Shown here: piece by piece, positions 9,333 to 16,587 of the stretch
How positions within the stretch are numbered: position 1 is the first letter of the stretch
Layout of the letters: the number at the start of each line of letters is the position of its first letter
Origin: Ilumatobacteraceae bacterium
GTDB taxonomy: Bacteria; Actinomycetota; Acidimicrobiia; Acidimicrobiales; Ilumatobacteraceae
Reading direction: 5' to 3'
Assembly (NCBI GenBank): GCA_032118285.1
Contig: JAULXU010000048.1
Location: 1 to 33,046 of the forward strand
Length of the DNA stretch: 33,046 nt
The notes under the pieces: model-generated
Seen by the model: the letters and a program-made list of their open reading frames with translations, nothing else
What the model was told of the DNA's origin: nothing
Databases searched by the model: none
Made by a program: the position numbers and the translations under genes

Positions 9333-10264
9333 TGGACGGTGGCCACACCCGCGGCGAGTTCGGTGAACGGGGACCATCCGAGTTGGATGCGGGCCCGCAC
9401 CGGGGAGAGCACGAGTCGGGCCGGGTCGTGATGTCGCGCGGGCGGGAGTGCGGGGAATCCGGCGTGTCGTCCCGCCATGAGGGTCCACAGGTCGGTCACC
9501 GTGGTGGCCCGACCGGTGCCGATGTTGATGACGAGGCCACCGGAGTGCACCGTCGCCCGCACGAGCGCGTCCACCACATCGTCGACGTGGACGAAGTCGC
9601 GCACCTGCGAGGGCGATGCCGGGAACCGGGGTGAATCCCCGCCGGCGAGCAGCCGCGCGAAGGCGGCGACGATGCCGTCCTCCGGTCGTTGGCGCGGTCC
9701 ATACACGCTTGCGACCGCCAGCACGACGAACTCGATTCCCCAGCGGTCACGGTGCACGACGTGGGCCTGGATCGCGGCACGGGCCATGATCTCGGCGATC
9801 GACCGCGCCTCGGTGACGAGGTCCTCCTTCACGGGGGACTCCCGTGCCGTCACGTCGCCGTAGACGAGCTCGGCGGGAAGACAGGTGACGACGCGGGAGG
9901 CCCCGCACGCGCGCGCCGCCTCCAGCACCGCCAGGCAGTCCCCCAGATCCCGGTAGGCGCGTCCGGGCGCGCGGGCGGCCGGCGAGAAGGAGGCGACGTT
10001 GACGATGACCTCCGGGCGACGCATTCGGGCGAGATCGACGAACGCAGGCGAATCCACGGACGAGTTCTGGAAACGCATCCGTCCGTCGCCGTCGCGGGCC
10101 GCGGCCAGATGGGCGAGGGAACCCGTGGAGAGGTCGTCGACCACGTCGACGTCCCCACCGGCGGCCACGAGTCGTTCGACCAGGTGCGAGCCGATGAACC
10201 CGGCTCCCCCGGCGATGAGAATGCGTTCGGGTGCCCCGACGCCGCGCCCGGGGCCCGGCGTCAT
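9329..10264 (-). CDS. Extended-SDR (NAD-dependent epimerase/dehydratase fold) protein lacking the Ser/Tyr/Lys catalytic residues
   Basis: Rossmann motif ILIAGGAGFIGSHL and the conserved blocks ELVYGD and ASVYGP are present. The segment aligned to SPYGxSK reads ARSIAEIMARA, with no Tyr and no Lys. Confidence 0.88.
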   Translation of the reverse strand: MTPGPGRGVGAPERILIAGGAGFIGSHLVERLVAAGGDVDVVDDLSTGSLAHLAAARDGDGRMRFQNSSVDSPAFVDLARMRRPEVIVNVASFSPAARAPGRAYRDLGDCLAVLEAARACGASRVVTCLPAELVYGDVTARESPVKEDLVTEARSIAEIMARAAIQAHVVHRDRWGIEFVVLAVASVYGPRQRPEDGIVAAFARLLAGGDSPRFPASPSQVRDFVHVDDVVDALVRATVHSGGLVINIGTGRATTVTDLWTLMAGRHAGFPALPPARHHDPARLVLSPVRARIQLGWSPFTELAAGVATVH

Positions 10265-10267
10265 CGG

Positions 10268-11269
10268 TCAGCCCCGCTCCGGGTCGGGAACCCTCGCACC
10301 GGACAGATCCGAGTGCGGCGGCACGGCACCCTCGGCGCCGACGACGCAGTCGACCAGGGTGCTCCCCTCACCGACCGTTCCCATGACGATGCTGCGCTCG
10401 AGTCTCACGCGGGGCGCGAGACTCGCTCCCGGCAGGACGACGGAATCCACGAGGACGCATCCGTCACCCACGACCGCACCCTCTCCCACCACGCTGTGCA
10501 CCACCGATGCCGTCGCGCCCACCGTGGCGTGCGGTCCGGTCGCCGCGAGGATGACGGACCGGGTGCCGTCGATGATGTCGAGATTGGCGCGCAGATAGGT
10601 CTCGGGCCGCCCGGTGTCGATCCAGTAGTCGTCGGTCGCCATCGCGGCCAGTTGGTCCGCGGCGGCGAGAACGGGGAAGATGTCCCTCTCGATGGACAGG
10701 CGCCCACCAGGGGGAACCATGTCGAGAACGGACGGCTCCAGCACGTAGGTGCCCGCGTTGATGTTGCGACTGTCGGACTCGCCCGGAGCGGGCTTCTCGA
10801 CGAAGCGATGCACCATCCCCTCCGCGTCGGTCTCCACCACGCCGTACTGCGACGGATCGGCCACGGGGACGAGATGCAGGGTCGCGCGCACCCCTCGCGC
10901 GCGGTGGAACTCCACGAGGGCCGAGACGTCGACGTCGCAGAGGATGTCACCGTTCATCACGACGAAGGTGTCCGTGATGCCGGCGTCGCGGGCGGCGAAG
11001 GCGATCGCTCCCGCCGTGTCGAGAGGTTCGGGCTCGACCGCGAAGTGGAGGGGGATGCCCGCGCACGTGCCGTCCGGATAGGCCTCGAGAAAGGGCTCGG
11101 CCTTGAATCCGAGGGCGAGAACGACCCGGGTGATGCCGTGGCGACCGAGTCCCGCCACCACGTGCTCGATCTGACGCACGTTGCCCACGGGGAGCAACGG
11201 TTTGGGAACGGAGAGGGTCAGCGGTCGCAGGCGGGTGCCGAATCCGCCCACGAGGACCACTGCGTGCAT
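10268..11269 (-). CDS. manC: Mannose-1-phosphate guanylyltransferase-like sugar nucleotidyltransferase with a C-terminal left-handed beta-helix
   Basis: MHAVVLVGGFGTRLRPLTLSVPKPLLPV is the G-x-G-T-R-L signature. Also DTAGAI, YGVVE, EKP and INAGTYV. The C-terminus has hexapeptide-like repeats. Confidence 0.9.
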   Translation of the reverse strand: MHAVVLVGGFGTRLRPLTLSVPKPLLPVGNVRQIEHVVAGLGRHGITRVVLALGFKAEPFLEAYPDGTCAGIPLHFAVEPEPLDTAGAIAFAARDAGITDTFVVMNGDILCDVDVSALVEFHRARGVRATLHLVPVADPSQYGVVETDAEGMVHRFVEKPAPGESDSRNINAGTYVLEPSVLDMVPPGGRLSIERDIFPVLAAADQLAAMATDDYWIDTGRPETYLRANLDIIDGTRSVILAATGPHATVGATASVVHSVVGEGAVVGDGCVLVDSVVLPGASLAPRVRLERSIVMGTVGEGSTLVDCVVGAEGAVPPHSDLSGARVPDPERG

Positions 11270-12006
11270 CAGCCGCCCGTGGTCGTGGGGGCGACGGTCG
11301 TGGCGGTGCCCGCCCCGTCATCGGTGTGTCCCTCGAGGCCCGGAAGTGCGGCTGCGGACGCCGGGAGGGGGATCGTCGCGCCGGCCGGTGCGAAAGCGAT
11401 CATGATCGCCATGCCGTCGTTCGTGATGCGGATGGAGGAGAAGTCCGTGATCAGCTTGCGCTTGGCGCTCTGGTTGTCGTAGCGCTCCCACACCCACGCC
11501 TGGATCTGGCCGTCGACCTCCTTGCCGGAGTCGTCGATGCACTTGTCCGTGCCGCGCTCGAAGGATGCACCGCCGAACTGGTCGGCGGGGAAGACCAGCT
11601 TGTCGGTGGACACCTCGACGCCGTAGGTGTCGAGGTAGGCACCGAGGGCCGCGTTGGTGCCGGCAGCCGCCGAGGTGGGACTCCAGTGGATGACGCCGTC
11701 GTCGAGGCTGTTCACGCCGAAGCGCTCGTAACCGGCGTTCGAACCGTCGTCCTTGGTTCCGGTCAGGTTGCCCAGCTCGGCGTCGCATTCCCAGAACCCG
11801 ATGGCGATGTGCCAGTGGTCGTCGGTGGTGGGCCGGACCTCGTTGCTCGGTGCCGATCCGCGCGCGTAACCCACGAGCACGAGACCGAGTGCAACCACGA
11901 CGGCCATGGTGAGGGGAAAGACGGTGCCTCCCTGGAAACGCACCTTCTTGCCCTTGCTCTTGCGCGCGAGGCGCGCAACCTTCTTTGCCGACGAATTACT
12001 GGCCAC
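11269..12006 (-). CDS. Membrane-anchored extracytoplasmic hypothetical protein
   Basis: GTG start. A basic N-terminus (AKKVARLARKSKGKKVRF) precedes one TM segment (VFPLTMAVVVALGLVLVGYA) and a soluble domain of about 190 aa. Its stop overlaps the manC ATG by 1 nt. Confidence 0.8.
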   Translation of the reverse strand: MASNSSAKKVARLARKSKGKKVRFQGGTVFPLTMAVVVALGLVLVGYARGSAPSNEVRPTTDDHWHIAIGFWECDAELGNLTGTKDDGSNAGYERFGVNSLDDGVIHWSPTSAAAGTNAALGAYLDTYGVEVSTDKLVFPADQFGGASFERGTDKCIDDSGKEVDGQIQAWVWERYDNQSAKRKLITDFSSIRITNDGMAIMIAFAPAGATIPLPASAAALPGLEGHTDDGAGTATTVAPTTTGG

Positions 12007-12026
12007 GAGGACCCGAGGCTACCGCC

Positions 12027-13265
12027 TCACCTCCTGAGCACGGTGAACAGGTCGAGCCAGGATCGGGCGACCGCCCGCGGAGACACGTGGGATTCCACCC
12101 ACGAGCGTCCCCTCTCCCCCATCTCCCCCAGTGCAACGGGGTCGGCCACGAGCGCCGTGAGGGCCCCGATGAGGGCGGCCGGGTCATCGGGAGGCAGGGC
12201 GACCCCCGCGCCGCTCACCGCCAGGATGCGGGGAACCTCCGTCCCGGGGTCGATGCAGGCCACGACGGGTCGACCCGCGGCGAGGATGGAGTACGTCTTC
12301 GAGGGCACGCTGACCCGACCGAGTCCGGCGCGCAACGGCACGACGTGGATGTCGGCACTCGCGAGCACCTCTGCGACGCGCTCGCGCGGCTGGTAGTCGC
12401 TGAACCTCACGTTGGCGAGACCGGCCGCGTCCCTCTCGAGGTCGCGCCGGGCCGCTCCTTCGCCGTTGATGACGAAGACCGTCTCCGGCAGGGCCCGGGC
12501 GGCCGCGAGGAGCATTCCGAGCGACTGGGAAAAACCCACGTTCCCCGCGTACATGACCACCACTTCGTCGCCGATGCCGAGCTCCGCCCGGTAGGCGGTC
12601 GCGCGGTCGCGCGGGACGATGCGGGCGGCGTCGACGAAGTTGGGGATGACGTGCACCCTGTCGGCGCGGTCGGCTCCGATGGTGGCGCGCACATTGGCGG
12701 CGAGGTCGTCCGAGAGCACGACCACGGCGTCGCTGCGTCGGTAGCTCGCGCGCTCGAGTCGTCGCGCCAGGGAGATCACCGTGCGGTTGGTGATGGCGCC
12801 GGTCTCCACGGCGGCATCGGGAAACACGTCCTGGATGTCGAACACCGCCGGCGCCCGCCGCAGGCGCGCCACCATCCATCCGGTCAGCCCGGTCGTCAGC
12901 GGTGGGGACATCGACAGCACAGCGGCGGGTCGACGGCGCCAGCCTCCGGCCACGAGCGTGCAGGCGCCGGCGAGGATCGTGAAGAGAAGGAAACCCGCGG
13001 CGCGACGGGGAAGGTTCGTCTTGTCCCCGCCCGGAAAAGGATGCACCCGGAGGATCGAACCCCACGGTGTGCGCTCGCGGCGCACGAGCCGGCCGCCCCA
13101 TCCCTCCTCGATGGCGTGCGCGCGATACCAGGGAAGCGAGGTCACGACGTGCACGCGCTCCCCCGCCGCGACGAACTCCTCGACGATGCGCGACATGATC
13201 TCGCCCGTCGGTGCGGTGTCCGGGGTGAAGTGCGGACAGAGCACCACGATCGGGCGGCGGGTCAT
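12027..13265 (-). CDS. GT4-family (GT-B) glycosyltransferase, WcaI/WbuB-like
   Basis: Starts MTRRPIVVLCPHFTPDTAPTG. The C-terminal half has a nucleotide-sugar-binding pattern (VVMYAGNVG...ADIHVVPL...SKTYSILAAGRPVV). ATG at 13265 overlaps the upstream TGA as ATGA. Confidence 0.9.
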   Translation of the reverse strand: MTRRPIVVLCPHFTPDTAPTGEIMSRIVEEFVAAGERVHVVTSLPWYRAHAIEEGWGGRLVRRERTPWGSILRVHPFPGGDKTNLPRRAAGFLLFTILAGACTLVAGGWRRRPAAVLSMSPPLTTGLTGWMVARLRRAPAVFDIQDVFPDAAVETGAITNRTVISLARRLERASYRRSDAVVVLSDDLAANVRATIGADRADRVHVIPNFVDAARIVPRDRATAYRAELGIGDEVVVMYAGNVGFSQSLGMLLAAARALPETVFVINGEGAARRDLERDAAGLANVRFSDYQPRERVAEVLASADIHVVPLRAGLGRVSVPSKTYSILAAGRPVVACIDPGTEVPRILAVSGAGVALPPDDPAALIGALTALVADPVALGEMGERGRSWVESHVSPRAVARSWLDLFTVLRR

Positions 13266-14392
13266 CGCGTCCCCCGCGCGGCGTCGAGAACGGCCGTCAG
13301 GTCGCGCGCGGATTCGGCCGCCGTGAAATGCGCGGCGCGGATCAGCCCGCGCGCGACGAGGTCGTCGCGGCGCTCCACGACCTCGTCGAGCGCCGCCGTC
13401 CACGACTGCTCGTCGAGGGGAACCGTGATGCCGGCGTCGCCGACGACCTCGGGAAGACAGGCACGGTCGCTCGCCACCACCGGCGTGCCGAGTCGCATCG
13501 CCTCGATCACCGGGGCACCGAAGCCCTCGTACTCGCTGGGGAAGACGAGAGCGGCCGCCATCGCCAAGAGCCCGTTGCGGTCCGCGTGCTCCACCCGACC
13601 CGGCATCGCCACGCGACCCCCGAGACCGAGGTCGACGACTGCTCGTCGCACGTCGTCGTCGGCGGCACCGGCGGAACCGATGAGCACGAGGCGCAACGAC
13701 GGGTCGCCCCACCTCCCCCGAGCCGCGGCGAGAAGGCGCAGGAGGAAGAGGTGGTTCTTGTGCGGATGGGTGATCGCCGGATAGACGAGCACCGGACCGT
13801 CCCCGAGCGCGTAGCGGCGGCGCAGGTCGTCGGCGGGGGTGCACCGGGCCCCGAAGTCGCTCTCGAGGCCGTGGCGCACCACCCCGATACGGGACGGGTC
13901 GGTGCCGAATGCCGCGACGAGTGAGTCGGCGACGAAGCGCGTCGGCACGGTCACCCCGGCCGCGCGGGCGATGGACCGGGGCACGGCCGCGCGCAGGTAG
14001 CGCAGTTTGCGGGGCGCGACCCAGGCGGGATGGTCGACCCATTGGATGTCGTGGATCGTGAGCACCGCGGGCCGGCGGCCGAACAGGGGAACCGTTCCCC
14101 CGCCGTGCAGCACGGCATCGAAGCGTCGGGTCCGTGCCGCGAGCCACGAGTGCTCGAGCGCGATGCGCACGGGTCTGCTCGTGCAGCTGCTCGGCGCCTC
14201 GTGCACGGTGAACTTCGACGCGATGTCGGGGTGACGCACCGAGAATCCCCGCGGAGCGAACACCTCCGCCGACCACTCACCGGACGTCTCGGCCAGCCCG
14301 GTGAGCTGGCGAAGCAGATACTCCTCGCTGCCGCCCACCCCGGGAACACTCCACAGGAGATTGACGGCAAGCACTGGGCCCCGGGACGGCAT
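13262..14392 (-). CDS. GT4-family (GT-B) glycosyltransferase
   Basis: Contains MPSRGPVLAVNLLW and LVFPSEYEGFGAPVIEAMRLGTPVVAS (E-x7-E-type GT4 motif). The ATG at 14392 is chosen. The 322 upstream codons of the 698-aa ORF are rejected. Confidence 0.88.
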   Translation of the reverse strand: MPSRGPVLAVNLLWSVPGVGGSEEYLLRQLTGLAETSGEWSAEVFAPRGFSVRHPDIASKFTVHEAPSSCTSRPVRIALEHSWLAARTRRFDAVLHGGGTVPLFGRRPAVLTIHDIQWVDHPAWVAPRKLRYLRAAVPRSIARAAGVTVPTRFVADSLVAAFGTDPSRIGVVRHGLESDFGARCTPADDLRRRYALGDGPVLVYPAITHPHKNHLFLLRLLAAARGRWGDPSLRLVLIGSAGAADDDVRRAVVDLGLGGRVAMPGRVEHADRNGLLAMAAALVFPSEYEGFGAPVIEAMRLGTPVVASDRACLPEVVGDAGITVPLDEQSWTAALDEVVERRDDLVARGLIRAAHFTAAESARDLTAVLDAARGTR

Positions 14393-14428
14393 CTGCTCAT
14401 TCTGCCCGCCCCGCCTACCATGGGTCCC

Positions 14429-15391
14429 ATGTCGGGATTCTGGGAGGGACGGCGCGTCGTCGTCACCGGGGGCCGCGGTTTCCTCGGATCCGTCGTCGTG
14501 GCGCGCCTGCGCGCAGAGGGTGCCGAGGTGTCGGCACCGTCCCACGCCGAGTGCGACCTCACCGTGCCGGGAGAGGCCGAACGGATGCTCCTGGCCGAGA
14601 GACCCGGGCACGTCATCCATCTCGCGGCGCGCGTGGGAGGCATCGGCTACAACCTCGTCGACCCCGCACGCCTCTACCTCGACAACCTCCTCATGGGCAC
14701 CCACGTCATCGAGGCGGCCCGCGCCGCGGGTGTCGACAAGACCGTTCTCCTCGGCACCGTGTGCTCGTACCCCAAGTTCACTCCCGTGCCCTTCCGGGAG
14801 GAGTCCTTCTGGGACGGCTATCCCGAGGAGAGCAACGCCCCCTACGGCATCGCCAAGAAGGCCCAGCTCGTGCACGCCCAGGTCAACGCCGCCCAGTACG
14901 GCCAGCGCTTCGCCTACCTCATTCCGACCAACCTCTACGGCCCCGGGGACAAGTTCCACCCCAGCGTCTCCCACGTCATCCCCGCCCTCGTCAAGAAGTG
15001 CGTGGATGCCGTCGAGTCGGGCGCCCCCGTCGTCGAGGTGTGGGGCACGGGCTCGGCGAGCCGCGAGTTCCTCTATGTGGACGACGCCGCCGATGCCATC
15101 GTGCGCGCGGCGGAGGTGCACGCCGGCACCGAACCGATCAACCTCGGCGCGGATCGGGAGGTGACGATCCGGGAACTCGTGGAACTCGTCGCGCGAACGG
15201 TCGGCTTCGCGGGAGAGATCGCATGGGACGCGTCGCGCCCGGACGGCCAGCCGCGACGCCGCATCGATCCGTCGCGCGCCCACCGCCTGCTCGGTTGGAG
15301 GGCCGGCACCGAGCTCGCCGACGGATTGCGCGCCACCGTCGAGTGGTACCTCGCCCACCGCGACGTCGCCGAACGGGACCCCGGGAACTGA
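14429..15391 (+). CDS. fcl: GDP-L-fucose synthase (GDP-4-keto-6-deoxymannose 3,5-epimerase/4-reductase)
   Basis: Contains MSGFWEGRRVVVTGGRGFLGS, GTVCSYP, APYGIAKK (YxxxK), PTNLYGPGD and WGTGSASREFLYVDD. ATG 14429 lies 7 nt after TACCAT (14416-14421). An alternative in-frame ATG is at 14420. Confidence 0.92.
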   Translation: MSGFWEGRRVVVTGGRGFLGSVVVARLRAEGAEVSAPSHAECDLTVPGEAERMLLAERPGHVIHLAARVGGIGYNLVDPARLYLDNLLMGTHVIEAARAAGVDKTVLLGTVCSYPKFTPVPFREESFWDGYPEESNAPYGIAKKAQLVHAQVNAAQYGQRFAYLIPTNLYGPGDKFHPSVSHVIPALVKKCVDAVESGAPVVEVWGTGSASREFLYVDDAADAIVRAAEVHAGTEPINLGADREVTIRELVELVARTVGFAGEIAWDASRPDGQPRRRIDPSRAHRLLGWRAGTELADGLRATVEWYLAHRDVAERDPGN

Positions 15392-15396
15392 GCCCG

Positions 15397-15402
15397 TACA
15401 CT
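15397..15402 (+). promoter_or_regulatory. Candidate -10 box for a leaderless rhomboid mRNA
   Basis: TACACT lies 6 nt upstream of GTG 15409 and directly after the fcl stop codon. Confidence 0.35.
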
Positions 15403-15408
15403 CCGGTC

Positions 15409-16245
15409 GTGTCGTTGCCCCCTCCCGTCCTCGAACACTGCACGAGGCACCCCGACCGACCGACCGGAAGGCACTGCACGCGCTGCGAGCGTCCCGCGTG
15501 CAACGACTGTCTCGTCCAGGCGTCCGTGGGATCGTTGTGCACCGATTGCACGAGGCGGGCGCGACCCGCCCGATCGCAGCAGATGCGCAACCGCTGGGCC
15601 GGGCAGCGCACCCCCTTCACCGGGGCGATCATCGTCGTCAACGTGGCGGTCTTCCTGTGGCTGACCGTGGGGGCGGCGATGCCCGAACTCGACGGCATCG
15701 TCAACCGCCGCGAGTTCGACCTCGCCCTGTCCATGGTGTTCATCGAGGACGGTCAGTGGTGGCGGCTCGTCACCTCGGGATTCCTCCACTTCGGTGCGTT
15801 CCACATCGGCATGAACATGCTCCTGCTCTGGCAGTTGGGCTCGATCCTGGAGCCGGCCCTCGACCGCGGGCGCTTCGTCCTTCTCTACCTCGCCTCGATG
15901 ATGGGCGGCGCGGCCGGCGCCCTCCTCGTCACCCCCGATGCCCTGACGGGCGGCGCCTCGGGCGCGGTGTTCGGCCTCATGGCCGCGGCCACCGTGGCCT
16001 TCCAGCAACGGGGCGTGAACCCGTTCCGCATCGGTATCGGCACGATCCTCGTGCTCAACCTGGTCATCACCTTCACCGTGCCCGGCATCTCGGTCGGCGG
16101 GCACGTCGGCGGTGCGCTCATGGGTGCGGCGTGCGGTTGGGCGATGCTCGAACCCCGGTGGATGCGCCGCGAGGAGTGGGCGGGATGGGTCGCCCCACTC
16201 GCGGGAATCGCGGTGTCGCTCTTCCTCGTCTATGTGGTCGCATGA
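15409..16245 (+). CDS. Rhomboid-family intramembrane serine protease with an N-terminal Cys-rich zinc-ribbon
   Basis: N-terminus is CTRHPDRPTGRHCTRCERPACNDCLV...LCTDC. Also present: the WWRLVTSGFLH motif, catalytic GASGAVFG and GGHVGGALMG, and 6-7 TM segments. Confidence 0.9.
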   Translation: MSLPPPVLEHCTRHPDRPTGRHCTRCERPACNDCLVQASVGSLCTDCTRRARPARSQQMRNRWAGQRTPFTGAIIVVNVAVFLWLTVGAAMPELDGIVNRREFDLALSMVFIEDGQWWRLVTSGFLHFGAFHIGMNMLLLWQLGSILEPALDRGRFVLLYLASMMGGAAGALLVTPDALTGGASGAVFGLMAAATVAFQQRGVNPFRIGIGTILVLNLVITFTVPGISVGGHVGGALMGAACGWAMLEPRWMRREEWAGWVAPLAGIAVSLFLVYVVA

Positions 16246-16583
16246 TGGAGCACTCGCGTGATCGTGGCGACCACGGGATCGTGCCGTCGGCATCCGCCTC
16301 GATGATCCCCCTGCCGTCGACGGAGACGCGTCGCGAGACGGAGACGACCACCGCCACCGGCGAGCCCATCGTGGCCCACATCGTCAAGACCGAGCCCGGC
16401 GAGGACGCCGCGGCCAAGGTGTTGGAGGCCCGCATCACGGGCACGCCGCTCGAGGCGCTGTGCGGGCACGTGTGGGTGCCCTCGCGCGACCCGCGCCAGG
16501 TTCCGATGTGCGAGGCCTGCGGGGAGATCTACGAGACCTACCGCATGTTCAACGACGGCCTGAACGAGCGCCCCGCGGACTGA
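16242..16583 (+). CDS. DUF3039-family protein
   Basis: The C-terminal core ALCGHVWVPSRDPRQVPMCEACGEIYE matches my memory of the actinobacterial DUF3039 signature. The ATG overlaps the rhomboid TGA as ATGA. Confidence 0.8.
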   Translation: MMEHSRDRGDHGIVPSASASMIPLPSTETRRETETTTATGEPIVAHIVKTEPGEDAAAKVLEARITGTPLEALCGHVWVPSRDPRQVPMCEACGEIYETYRMFNDGLNERPAD

Positions 16584-16587
16584 ACAC

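Noticed and set aside
9689-13784. 597-aa (9689-11482) and 599-aa (11985-13784) plus-strand ORFs
   Set aside because: They are antisense shadows of the SDR, manC, membrane-protein and GT4 genes, with Gly/Arg/Asp/His-rich low-complexity translations.
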